Shown here: positions 27,401 to 39,951 of the stretch, piece by piece
Layout of the letters: every line of letters starts with the position of its first letter
How positions within the stretch are numbered: the first letter of the stretch is position 1
Position numbers and translations under genes: made by a program
The notes under the pieces: generated by a model
The model's input: only the letters and a program-made list of their open reading frames with translations
The model's database searches: none
Told to the model about the DNA's origin: nothing
Assembly: GCF_964204865.1 (NCBI RefSeq)
Contig: NC_135262.1
Location: 10,230,001-10,294,000 of the forward strand
Direction of reading: 5' to 3'
DNA: 64,000 nucleotides
Source of the DNA: Styela clava
Taxonomy: Eukaryota

Positions 27401-30400
27401 TTGTTTTGATTTACAATTCCTATACTGCGAATAGTAGTACAACGATATCATACTTACCGATCTATATATGCTTTTCCATGGCAAATCCCTGTGCAATCCT
27501 TAATATTTTTAGCCTCTTTACCCCTAAATTGAACAAAAAAATGTATGAATTTTAGCATGTGTGGATCCTAACGACAGGAATGAATTTTCTGTAGTGGGCA
27601 TGATTTGATGATTTCTACCTATTCCTTAGCTTAGTGAATAATAGCGCTTATCAAATAGAAATCCTACTATAGAAGAAATCCACTCGGTAGAGTTGGTGTT
27701 ATAAATATCTTTGCCAAGAAACAATTTAGTGTGTTTAAGCAAACATGATAGAATAGCAGAAACGATTAACCATGTGATGTTGTTCATCTATGAAAAAATG
27801 ACTTTATTTTTTAAACAGATTACCTCTTTTGACAGAAGTTACAATCATCGTAATAACTTGTATTGAAGCAGCTATTCGCACAGTCAAGTTTCGTTGGTTT
27901 CCTGCGTGTTCCACCACCAACACATTTTCTGCACTGATCAATATAGGCAGCTGAAAGGAGAAAAGCAACCACGTTAAATTTTTAGATATTATTATCATTT
28001 TAAAGTCAACATGATGCATTTTTATAGCATTAACTTACTTCCGTTTATATCACCATTGCAATCAACGCAACTCTTTCCGTTTCCCCCGCAAACTCCACAT
28101 CGATCTGTTAATACTTTCATCGATGATCGTTTGCCATCACAGCCCAATCTTTCTATGCTAAGCTTCACTCTTTCTTCACTCAATAGTTTCGTAAAATCAA
28201 GAACTTGGTTTTGATCATAAGGTGCCTTCACGAAAGAATAATACGTTGTGCTATTTTGTGAATGTTCAGAACTATCAGCCTAATTGAATATGGTGAGGAC
28301 TTGTGATGAGGCGATTCATATACATTGTTGCCAGCTTTCTCGGTTGTGTTTGGTGATTGAATTTGATTTGCAATAACAAATGCATTTAATTTTGCACAAA
28401 TTTGAAATAGTTCTAGGGTTCTATGTCTGAAATGCTATTTCTGTTAGCTTGCTAGCCAATGTGACTCATATTTAAGTGCATGGACACAAATTTGTTAATA
28501 TTAGTACTGGGAGGGTAGGTAACACATGTGAATTGGGGACTGGTAACAGTGCTGAGTTTTGTGAATCAGAGACATCCACCTGGAAATTCAATAGCGTAAA
28601 AGGATAATTTCGGCGCTAAATATTCCAAACAACAGCGGATTCTATTACTTTGAAATATCTTAAACTTTGAAGTACATACCGCAAAAACACAGATTAAAAT
28701 AATAAAAAAAAATAATGCAGAATGTTGGAATACTACTACGAGGCATACATATTACTCGAGTTAAAAAATTAAAAAGTTTAGTCGCACACTTACGTCTATA
28801 TCACAATTAGGGTCAAGCTTGTAGGTACCAGTAACAACTATGGCTCCAGCATTCTCCAGCACTGATTTGGCTTTCGCATAAAAAGTGTCATTGGCCATAA
28901 CATAGCCATCTGGTTTAGATATTTTGAACAATGACAAATCAATAACAGTATTTAACCAAGCTTCTGAAGACTTCCAGAAATAGTCTAATTTGTCCGGTAT
29001 AAATTTCAACCTAGTTTCAGTCGATAGGAGAATAATTTTGGCGGTGGTTCCAGCTTTATAAAAGCATTCTGTGAAAATATAAATAGCAAAGATTAAATGC
29101 CGGTTCATATCAAGCGTATAACAACAATTTAATGAAGGAAGATCAATAATTTGAAGTGAGCTCATGAAGTTTGAAAACCACAGGCATTGACAATGGACGA
29201 GATGGCGAGAGATCGATCATGATATCTTTTACTAGGACTAGAACACAACAGTTATGAAACCTATACATCAAGCAATGAATATTAGGATAGCACAAACGTT
29301 CTGCTTAAATGTGTATATATGCAAGTTAGTTAAAGGTTTTAAATATTACCTGTATTGTCAATAATTTGTCTTCTATTTCGAGTTGCAGGTTTTTCTACGC
29401 CAAATGCATTGATAAGGCTCGTCCATTTTTGACATGTTTCACAATGGAATTGCCATTGGCCTGAAAATATATAAAAATTGATGCCATCTGACAGCTGTGG
29501 ATTATGAAAAAGGGAATCTGTTTCTTCGTTTATTTGCGTATATATACCTATTTTGCTTGTTGTTGGCTTGGCCAATGCTAAACCTATAATTGCTCCGTCT
29601 TCGTCGCCTCCCGACATGATTGACGTAACGACATCCCCAACTTTGAAGCCTGCATAATCACGTAGGTTGAAGGGAACGGCGGGAAGTCGATAGTGCTTTG
29701 GTAGAGTCAACACAATTTTTTTTGCAACGCCTGAAATCTGTATATATATGAATAAAAGTAATGAATAAAAATGAAGGAATGTGTGAAATTTTCACGTATA
29801 ATCTTAATTCTTAGCTCACGCATATCTTACGCAAAATACGTGAAACTAATTTGACTTATCCAGCAAAATACGTGAATGCGTAACATCACCCCAATAGCAC
29901 AAATCAATGTATTAGGCATGTGGTTTTGAAGTTATTTCAGTTTTACATTTTTAAAATTTAATGTCAATATAAGTGCACATGACTACCAGTCATACAAGTT
30001 TATTTCCTACAGTATACAAAACAGTTTTATGACCGATACCATTGTTATGCATTGTGGATTCATACACACGACAAGCATGATTCATTGATGTATGATGATA
30101 AAGAAACGAGCACAACGATGAATCATGCTTAACAAAGAATGCTTTGGAGTAATTCGGTACAAAATGTTAATGTTAATTGAGTTTAGAAAACACAATTTTA
30201 ATTTTAGTTTCAAAGATAGCAATACCTTTATTTTTAATGTAACCATGTTCTTGTCATCAAGTTTTATCATCAAATCCTTTATTCCTGGTTGGAATCCACT
30301 TCGAACGGTGATTTTGATTTGTCCAGCAAGACTAACAGCGCCAATTCTTGGAGTATAAAGTTTCCAAGCCGATATTTTATTATCCTGCAGCGTTTTTGAT

Positions 30401-33400
30401 CAGATTAAAAGTCAAGCATTAAAATAGCAATCACTATTCATATTGTAGAAGCAAAATGGAAAAAAGGGTGTATTTTAGTGTGCAAACACTTGGAAATAGG
30501 GAATAAGATTTGAAATTGAAGAAAAAGGTCAGAATATTTCACCTGTGATTGCTATCTTACTTCTAAGTAATGCAAAAGTGGGAAGCAACAAAACTTGAAT
30601 AAATCGGTAAAATAATTGTAAAACAACAAATAGTGGATATTTCGATGAATTGGCTCTTAGTAGGCCCACCTATATTTCTTATTTTGAAAAATGTGATTTT
30701 CTGGAGCAACACAATTTGTATCATATGCTTCTCAATTATTTATAAAAGAGGGTACTTAGACGTAGTCTACCGTTCTTTTGCAAAATAGGAAAGGTCTTTT
30801 GGTCTGACGATTCTAAAATGTCGTATTTATGGCATTGACTACACAATGCTAACTATAATGTCAGTTTGTGATATGGAAAGTAATTTACCTTATACTCAAT
30901 CTTTAGGTCACTTGTAAGAATCTTCTCACTAATTAGAATTTTTATTCGAGGCAAATTCACAACACGATCAATAATCGAATTTAAGAATCGACCAAATGGA
31001 AGGTACATCGAAATACCGAATTCTTTCAACGATTCAAACACTGACCAAAACAGAAAAAATTACATAAATGACGAGTGTGATCTTGTGGTTCACAGGGTGT
31101 ATACAACAACACAGAGTATGATGTAAATAGAGCTTATTCGCAAAAGTTGAGTTTTAAATAAAAGTGGATTTTATGATGTATCTATATATGTTTATTTGCT
31201 CAAATAGTTAAACATTATAACAGAGACGGAATACATGTTCAAGACCTCACTGGCCTGAGTTGTGCTACATGTACCCTTCACAAGTATAATACCAGTTTAG
31301 GACTTATACGTTATATAATATAACTATACACATACATGTATACCAAAAGCACGATCGCAGAGAATTTAGCGAGTTTGCAAACTTTTTTACATATTCGAAT
31401 GTTACACGATTTTAAATGCAAGTTTGTTCAAAACTATCAGAAGAGGAAAGATAAAAATCAGACTGCCACGACACGAGATAAAATATAATATCGGCAGATA
31501 CTGTCATTGATTTACAGTAATATGAAATATAATGTAATAATCAAACCTTTTGAGCCAACAATTTCGTTAATTTCAATAAAGTCTCGCAAATTCATCAAAG
31601 CTCCTGTGCTTGCCTTGAAATCGTAGAAGTTCGAAACTTTTTTCAAAGTAAACGTCAATTGTTTGGCATCGATTTTTGATGGTAAAGACAGTGCAATCAA
31701 ATTTTTCACTGAAATGAAGTAAAATATGAATATTATCTTCTCCATAACTATGGCCATGTGTGTCTGAGGACCAAACCATTACGTTATTATCAAAATACAA
31801 AATGACTCTTTAGCTAAAGGCTTCTAAGCGAAACAATAAACAAATCTGTTCGTGATGCCATGGACCAATGACTGGCCTCCTTTTTAGAAAGAATGACATG
31901 AAGGCCACACTTGTATCTAGACCTCGAATATTAGCAACCTAGTTTATGAGCAATTCACATTTGATGAAAAATTTAAGAGACATGTTTCAAATATTTTATA
32001 CACATGGTCCAAAAAGTAAAATTTGTCAATAAACCAAATTAACCTTCAATTTTTTCTTAAAATATCGCACAAGGATATTGTAGAATTCATGTCTTTATAG
32101 ACAAAAGTTGTTCCACTTGCTGTACAAAAATCGGCAATTACAAATAAATTATTTCTCGAAATTGTATATTACCAAAGATTTCTGTCTAAAACAGATGACG
32201 GACAACTTTCAAAAAATTATAAAAACAGCAGTTTTTATTTTTATCTTTTTTGTGATTGATAAACTTTGTTAACATCTTCCTCACCTTTTGACAATTCTTC
32301 AAATGAATTGTTGTAGTTATTTGCCGGTGCAACGGCTAACACTCCGATACCAATAGAATTTCCTTTGGTGAGTAAACGTAACGAAGCTTCGGAGCTGAAC
32401 GTATCTGTAAATGAAACAAATTGTTTCTTATATAAATATTAATAAACTTAACTGCGTTGCCATATCAGATTACACATCTCGGGTTCAAAGTTCAAATCGC
32501 CAGAATCTGAATTTAATAAACTGGGTAGGCAATGCGGAACTTAGGATTCCGGTAGTAGTAGCTACATACACATCTTTAGATATCAGTGTGGCTGCTTGTA
32601 AACGGTCTTGTTCAGAGAGAAACCACTTGTAAACATCGTATAAACAAACGAAATAAATTAAATTTGTAGTTCAAGTTCACCTTCGTATTTCAAGCATCTC
32701 CAGTTTTCAGGAAGATTTTCAGCGCAAAAGTCTTTTGTTTCTTCTTTCTCTTCAGTGTATCTTCTTTTTCTTTCTTTTTGATCGTCTTTAACAATCCACA
32801 TCCCGGCGGTAATTCTTGAAACCCATTGAGTAACGTCAGATCCAAGATTTGATTTGACATTGATGGTACCGTTCTCATCCGATTGTACAAATTTTTCTTC
32901 AATTTTATCGTTCATATTCAGTGGAATCGAAGATGGTTTGATGGCGATTGTTACATTTTCGTTTACAGATGTTGGCATGGTCGTTACCCTTCCATATTCT
33001 GGTCTTGTTTTGTTTTCTTTGAGAGGTTTGTCGGTTTTATTGTTTTTACCGATACCATTTCCTTCCAATACACTCATCATGAAGCTGGATGTGTTGAAGT
33101 CTGGGCCAACGTTGATCCACAACATACCCCAAAACGTGTCGGACTTCATAAAATCGACATTTTTATAGCTATCCGTCCATTTTGATGCTGTTTTGAAGTA
33201 TATCGGTATATCACGGGTGTGATTTGTTTCTGTTTCAGACATTCTGGGTAATACTAGACCAGGAACCGCATTTTCCGCGCAGCTCCTTACAGAAGCGCTG
33301 GTCACAGTACTGGACGATATCGCACTTTGTGCGAAATCAAAACTTTTGTTATAATTATCATAATAGCCTGGAATATCATCGGGCTTATTACCATGCTGCA

Positions 33401-36400
33401 TTTCGGCGATGTTAGGCATATTGAATCCCCCATTCATTGTTGAAGCTCCAACCATTGAAGTTACAGATTGTTGGAATTTTGAAATTGCTTCTGCCAACGT
33501 CATGTTTAGTGACATGCTAGAGGCATTCAGGGTTCTCTTTAAAGTCGTGCAGATATCAGTTCCATCAGCTTTTATTTCTTCCGTAAAAGGTATCTCAAAC
33601 ATTTCATCAGCTTCAGGCATTTCTTTTTCCTTCTCTTCCTTCATTTCATACTTGACCGATGCTGCCAAATTTTTTTGGGACGCGTTGCAAAATATGTCTA
33701 CCAAGTTTTCTATCACATCAACAAGTTTTATAGTTCTGGTATAATTGGATAAGTTTTCTAAAATACAATCAGACAATGTTGCGTTTTGGTGCCGAGCGTG
33801 ATCTGTGGAATTTAGAAATACTTTCGCATTGATGGCATCCCAGAGTTCCGTCGCAAATTTTAATACTGCAATATTCAGGTCGAGTGAGCTTTTCAGAACA
33901 TCAGCATGCTTGTGAAATTCGGTAACAGGATCGATAAAATCACTTTGGCTACGAACAAAACTTGCAAGCTTTTCAGTCAAATCATTCTCATTCGATATAG
34001 ATGCATAACTTTTCAGATTTTTGATCAAGGTTTCAAAATTGTTGACTGCAGTAGAAACAGATCTGGGAAATGAAAGCGCATCTCCCATAATCATTTTCAA
34101 CGAGGTTAAAAAGTTATCGAATTCTTTCGAATATTTTTGTATAACCTTTGCAACCAGTCGGGGATTGTATGTTTTTGATTCTTCAGATGGGTAGCTCGCT
34201 TTAGATAGGTCGCTCGCTTCATATGAACCGCTAATAATCTTCATTAAACTAGAGAGCAATTCTTTTATACCGCCGACACCAGGTTTTAAGATTTCAGTAT
34301 GAATATCATAAAAATCCATGATGGCATCTTTGAACTTCATATCATCCCTTATAAGATCTGAAATCATTGGCCTGGAATATTTTGAACTGTTTCCTGAAAT
34401 CTGTATTAGCCTTTTAATCAGTTCCACAAAGTTTGTATAACTTAAGTAATGTTCCTTGTCTAGCCCTCTTTCGTTTTTCAGTGCTTGGAGAACAGTATCA
34501 AAAGTAACGTTACCGTTTGTATAGCGGTTTATTATATCGGCAAGCATTTGATCTTTATTTGCAATCGGTAAAGGTGTGATAGTCGGGTCACCGTTTCCTA
34601 ATGCTTCAACTAGATGTTTGAGAAATTCCATCAATGAATGCCGTACATGTTCTTTGATACAGACAAATGTGGTAACATTAAGATCGAGTTTATGAATTTC
34701 AACCAAAAGACGCCTAAACGAATCCAGTTTTTCTGCATCACTGTTCCTTAGGCTTGCGTTATGCATTTTCTGAATAAATACGCGAAATCTAAGAGTTTTG
34801 TTTCTATTGTAATCACTACAATTGCTTGAAAATAAGGTGCCGTTCATTTGTTCAAGTAGCTTTGAGAATGAATGATTTCCTTGTGAAGCAGAAAATCGAT
34901 TCAAAAATTTCAGAATCCTCTTTTCTATGTTCATTTTTGTACCGTTGCCCATAAACTCGTTCGTTTTGTTCACACAAGACATCACATTGGTAAGATTGAG
35001 ATATTTCCCGGGTGAAAGTTTTTGAATAATTTTACCAATCTGGAGGGAAACGGATGGATTTGAGAAAAGCCGTGTTAAAAGATACAACATCGTTTTATTT
35101 TGCACCAAATCCGAATCATTCATCATTAACATGCAATTTGGAAAAGCAACAGCTGGAAGAGGATGTGTCTTTGAAGCATTCACTTTAAAGGGTAAGTGAA
35201 GTACACCCTGGTGCATCTGTCTTTTGAAAGCGTCAAAACTAGATGCCACGCCACTTTTTGGTTTCAAAAATGCCACGGGAAGAACTATCGGTCGATGAGA
35301 AAAATTCGCGTCACGAAGGTTCTCTTTCACGTACATTAGGCTGTCTTCATCGGTCACATTGTTTTTCTTTATGTCATAAAGAACGTACGGATGTCCGGAA
35401 ATACCCTGTTTTAAGATTTGAGCCCCTGGAAATGCATGTTTCCACCAAGTGGAATCGTAACTACCAATGAATAGGGTGACAGGTCCAACCGCAATCTTGC
35501 GAACAAATTTTGGTTGTTGGCCACTAACACTCATGTTCATTTTTGTTCCTGTAAAGTTAAGACCAAGCGACATTCCTCCACTTCCAACCGATGGAATCCC
35601 TAGAATTGAGATGTAAATAAAGCAAGTGGTAGGTTGCACAGTAAGGGGTTTCGATACCCAAATGACTACAAATGAACATTTCTACAATATTGATAATGTC
35701 TTGCGGCACTCTTTTCTTCAAAATAGTCAAAATCCAAAAAGTCAAAATTTGAGTGATTACCGAATACGGGATGTTTCAACGTTTTTATTAGTTTCCCGGA
35801 GATTCAGTTGGCTGAAGATCTATTGCTAATAAATGCATCTCATTTACCCTCATTTCCTAAAATTATTCTTTGCCAATGCGCCTTCTTCAGTTGTCAATTA
35901 TAGGTTAGGAATTTCAATTATTGCAATAGCCATGAAATCATCAAAACAAAATTTTACAATGTCATATTGATGCATCGATCATATTTAAGTAGATAAAATA
36001 GAGTGAACTACCTTGGCAATTGCAAGTAATACACCGTCTAACACGAGATATGTTATACGGGCATCCTTTCAAACAAGCTGCGAAGTTATCCGGACATATC
36101 GAGAAAATGTGAAGTTTATCATCCTTTTGTGCAGTCGCGTTTACAGCTTGAAGAATCGGGGGCTTGCTAGAGAACGTAAACAGAAATGCATGTTAAGTTT
36201 ATAAAATACAAGAGACAAATTATCAAATTAATATGCACGAAGCCGAATAACTCACAGCCGTATAAAAGTAGTCAATGTGACCTACACAGAAATCTGATTA
36301 TTCATATCAAAGTTACAAATCAAGCTCCCAACTGTAGTAAATTACATCAGCAACAGTAAACTTTTACTAGAGCTGCGAGTTCGAATGTAGGAATGTACGA

Positions 36401-36928
36401 ATAAGGGATTGATTATAATCCAAATGGGCGAAAAAATAATGAGTATTTTATGTCAAGTACATAGAAATATTCTTTCTTACCCGGTCGCAAAATACGGTGG
36501 CTTAAAGTTATGCTCCTGCGACAGTGACGTTGAAACTAGAATACAGAAAAAAATATTGAACATTTTTTTTTGAAACGTGAAAAGTCGCAACATGGCATCA
36601 CCACTTTGCTGTGATAACATATCAAATTTGGTGATCATGGTTACCAAGAAACAACGTACACTTATGGCATGTAAAAGATTTGTTTGAGTGACATAATCGG
36701 TATTAGTCACAATTTATTCTATAAATTAATTTTGAGGCTAGTTTATTTTTATTCAAGAATATATATAACTAATTTTATCCCACTATGACCTTCCATGAAA
36801 TTCAATTATCATCTACTATTAAACTTTATACCATCGTGATCTAAATCTAAGGTGCTTAAAGACCTATAAATAAAGAAAGACTTACTCAGAACAAGTATCG
36901 TTATTGTCCCTAATAACACCAACGCCAT
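6419..36928 (-). CDS. Giant single-pass PKD1/REJ-like receptor (about 3256 aa): signal peptide, antistasin-like, orphan helical region, DxCGxCGG repeats, IPT/TIG, PKD/REJ, GAIN/GPS, Thr-rich stalk, TIL, TM, PPxY tail
   Basis: 44 GT-AG exons joined with consistent phases, total 9771 nt (divisible by 3). Exons in transcript order: 36886-36928, 36481-36535, 36012-36166, 32681-35599, 32285-32404, 31547-31708, 30889-31040, 30226-30384, 29350-29737, 28794-29068, 28039-28279, 27824-27950, 27458-27523, 26767-26960, 26190-26417, 24828-24924, 24492-24740, 23615-23767, 23369-23495, 22436-22553, 20670-20785, 20210-20437, 19615-19791, 18827-19052, 18621-18751, 18104-18312, 17469-17639, 16693-16815, 16406-16601, 16068-16263, 15659-15853, 14967-15105, 14391-14527, 13637-13710, 13056-13166, 12521-12646, 12067-12129, 11615-11725, 11312-11539, 10830-10936, 9723-9890, 7964-8109, 7583-7689, 6419-6676. 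N-terminus MALVLLGTITILVLISTSLSQE. REJ-type motifs SRDPDGGTLTYSWSC and PSSGTALSTKFNIRADGW...PLMYKF...YLPPG. IPT motif SIEP...GGGDVTITGEDF...VSDTQVRCTFP. GPS CRHLDVSVWSTGRCMV...FCQCNVHFGYFSVF. TM AIVGLTIAIIAVSVALLVLLYLYY. Confidence 0.88.
6990..7378. mobile_element. Degenerate hAT-type MITE with CGAAT/ATTCG subterminal repeats
   Basis: Begins TAGGGCTGGGCATTTTCGA and ends GAAATGCTTAGCACTG. Clusters of TTCGAAT at both ends, like the element at 58900-59644. No intact TSD. Confidence 0.55.
8565..9240. repeat. Foldback-like element: long inverted arms plus dispersed direct repeats
   Basis: Inverted repeats 8822-8858/9130-9166 (36 of 37 identical) and 8724-8754/9196-9226. A TGGTAAACTGCACGAT-like unit recurs near 8570, 8676, 8944 and 9058. 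Confidence 0.65.
10103..10204. mobile_element. Short palindromic MITE (about 100 bp)
   Basis: Ends CTCCTGAAGTATGCGCACC and GGTGCTCATACTTCAGGAG are inverted repeats. A second copy lies at 41444-41544 in the opposite orientation. Confidence 0.75.
22146..22420. repeat. AT-rich imperfect tandem duplication (period about 190 bp) in an intron
   Basis: TATATCAxCAGGAAAATxATTCCCATT...ATTATCATTCAATCA occurs near 22147 and again near 22336. Confidence 0.6.
24170..24466. mobile_element. Partial hAT/Charlie-type MITE
   Basis: GGCCCGC subterminal motifs and a right end TTGACAACCCCTG. Left TIR decayed. Confidence 0.55.
25790..26170. repeat. GGAGTC-repeat MITE-like element
   Basis: Recurring (G)GAGTC(G)...AAATTTTxGTCATT units. 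Confidence 0.45.
32681..35599 (-). CDS. 2919-nt exon 4 of the REJ/GAIN receptor gene; N-glycosylation-rich, predicted largely helical ectodomain with no family I recognise
   Basis: Covered by the 993-aa ORF 32658-35639. Acceptor ATTCTAG and donor GTGAAC, phases 1/1 consistent with the flanking exons. Confidence 0.88.
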
Positions 36929-39900
36929 GATGGAGTTGCGTCGAAGAGGACACTCTCTGGTCTAGTCTAGAGTTATTTGAATGCTGATTTAGGTGCTTTA
37001 TCTAAATAAAAGTAATAATCTAGTAAAGGAAGTAAAAAAGCTTTGTATTTCGTTTAGTATCACGGTGCAGCGTGCCGATCACAGCGTGTATGATTCATAC
37101 CGGTAGTCATTACTCCAAGCGAGTATTGTTATTTGAATGGCTGCAAATCCTGCTAGACCTCCTATCTATTTCACAGGCTAGTTAGAAATTTCTAAGCAGT
37201 AACATGATCTTTATACTTTCACTAAAATCCACCAAATCCCACAAACATATGGAACAAAGTCAGATTAGAAATTATGCGAAGTTTTTACATACATATTAAA
37301 AGCACATCCTAACGTTTTATTAACACATCAATTCATTGCGGCCTACTTTGTGGCTGTCGGGAGAACATTCACTCATATTTATATTTCAAATAACAATTCC
37401 TTGAATATAATGCCACTAATAATGTAAATTGTCTAAACAGTGCCTGTTTTTTTTTTATAGCCTAGCAGTGTAGACCTATGCTAGAGTTGATTGATATATA
37501 TAATGATTTTATCATAAAATCTTTTTCGATCAAGGTTGCCGTTTATGATATTTCAATAATTCGACCACGCTCATGGCATCATGCTCGAAAAATGCAAACA
37601 ACGCTATTTTACATCCATTATGTCCCACTCGCATAGGACTGTATTCCTTAATGCCCGACACGTTTTATAATTTAGCCTAGAAATATGAAAGCATACGTTC
37701 ATTACCTATCTTTGTTCAACCAACAATAAAACTGCTATTTCAATAACGTACAAGTTTTCTTTTGTGATGCGAAAACATATCGTAACCATGTAATTATAGA
37801 ATATTCAATTAATTTCACACAGAGTATTTCATTCATGATAGGACAGAAAACTCTTCTGTGTCACGCGAAGTAGACAATGGAAAATTGTACGAGTGACAGA
37901 AGTGCTCCAAACCAAAATTTCTTATTATTGGTAAACGTCCTTATATGTTTTACTTCTAATGATATGTCAACTGAACCGAATTTATTTCATGGTCGTTTCC
38001 ACGACTCTTGAGCTCTGAAAACTTCTCCCCATAATTTACAATTGCCAAATTTTCGACGTTTATGTTGAGAGTGTTCTGGAGAGTCGGCGATTACAAACTG
38101 GGTTGCATTTATCACATGCGGCTGATTTTATGCTTGTCTATTGCAACGTTTGTGGATCAATTCTCGATTGTTGCAACTACATATAATGACAATTGAGAGT
38201 ATTTTACTTTAGCCATTTTTCGGGAACACAACTGAAAATTGATAAATAACACGCAAAACATTGAAAACGAGACAAAGTTTAAAAACATTTCTAAATATCT
38301 GTCTGAGCGAAAGAAGTGTTTGAGCGGCTGCACAAATTGCAATTGTTATGTCATCGTTGACTTATTGACGATTGGTCATTGTTGTGGACATAAACAAGGA
38401 AATCGATGCTCGCGGAACACTCATTGCGATTGGAATAACAAAACTATGGGCGAGATAACTTCTGAACTTTTTGAAGCTAACAGAGAGGCAGTGATCCGCC
38501 GTATAATTAGGCTATATCTCTTTATCCTCCGACCATACATAGATATGAAATACCGAATTTAATAGTTCAGGAAACGGTGTCGCTTAGACTGGTTTATCGG
38601 TATTCCGAACGGTATACCTACCAATAAAAAATACCGGGCCAACGCAGTTACGCAAACGGACGGTTAGAAAATCCTGTCCCGCTCTATCTATGAAAACCGT
38701 TTTGAACCTGTTCTAACGGCTAGTCTTGCCAGAAATGTTTCTAACCACATCGCTTTCTCTTATAAAGCTGATTACTTTTTGAAATGCTGTTCAGATTATA
38801 GAACATTTCTGCGTTGGCCAACACTTTAAAATTAAAATTTTAGTCCACCATGGGCCAAACGAGTGTTAACTGCTTAGCCCAGTACAAACTAGTCGACACC
38901 AGTATATATAGTGAACTTTAAAATAGAAATGCGTTGTTTCTTCATGCACGGGGCAACCTGTACGCAGCGAGTACGTATGCCTATGCAACTTCCGTGTTAC
39001 GTGGGTAGATAATAGATACAGTATAGTAGTATACACTCGAAGCAATAAAAAATTTTATTTTACCAAATGCGTCATAATGAAAATACAGAAGTTGTTTACA
39101 GACGGATAAAACCCGGAAACGTAAACAAAGCTGGCAAAACTTAGGAATTCGGTATAATTGGGGAATATCACCTGCAAAAGTAACGAGAGTGGGGAATTTT
39201 TGTGGCCGTGCGGACGCTGAATATGGATCACTCGAGGGAGTAAATAAAAATGATAACTTAATAAAAATGTGAATGCTGCTGGAATTTTGATTGCAACCGT
39301 CGATATATCGTAACATAATATATATAACATATCCTGTTCGTCGATTGGCGGGTCGCACTTCAAGTTCGGCACACACCTGCCATCACATCGCATGAATCTG
39401 TCTAAAGATTTAAACAAGCTGTCCATATGGCAGAGTGGCGTCTAACGAGAAGTTCATTAGCAGCGATTGAAAATTTACATACATCTGTATTCCTACGCTT
39501 AACAACTTTGCTAACATGTTCAGATACAACAATGACCAATACGGTACCGCACCCACGATTACGGTAGACCTCATGACAGAAAGCAATGGCTTAGCTCAGT
39601 TCTTCTAAAGAGCTTTGTTCGCAGTTCGTGTGACCAATCGGATTCTGGTAATTCAAGCGCACTACCCCTGGTTCAAAGCCTTAAGCGGACGATTATGCGC
39701 GGCGCGAGAGTAGTACCAGTCGTCGACGATGCAGGGTGGTTAAGGTAACAACCACTTGTCGGTTGCAGCTACATTTACTAGCAAAATCCACATTAGTTAA
39801 GTGGTAATCTATTGCGGTACACGACCAGCAGCGCTGGTAACGGAACCAACGAAGAACGCCTTGTTAAAACACGATTTAAGAGGCTTTATCCACTCTCCCC

Positions 39901-39945
39901 TCTATCGAATAGCTGTGTTGAGGCCGCTAAATAACAAATGAAATA

Positions 39946-39951
39946 TTTATT
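39946..39951 (-). terminator. Candidate polyadenylation signal of MDC1
   Basis: TTTATT on +, about 300 nt downstream of the MDC1 stop codon. Confidence 0.45.

Noticed and set aside
32854-33744. Several 60-110 aa + strand ORFs
   Set aside because: Antisense shadows of the 2.9-kb coding exon.
38981-39426. Two overlapping - strand ORFs (131 and 123 aa) between MDC1 and the receptor gene
   Set aside because: No recognisable domain or splice-consistent partner exons; more likely decayed repeat sequence. A BLASTX search would settle it.
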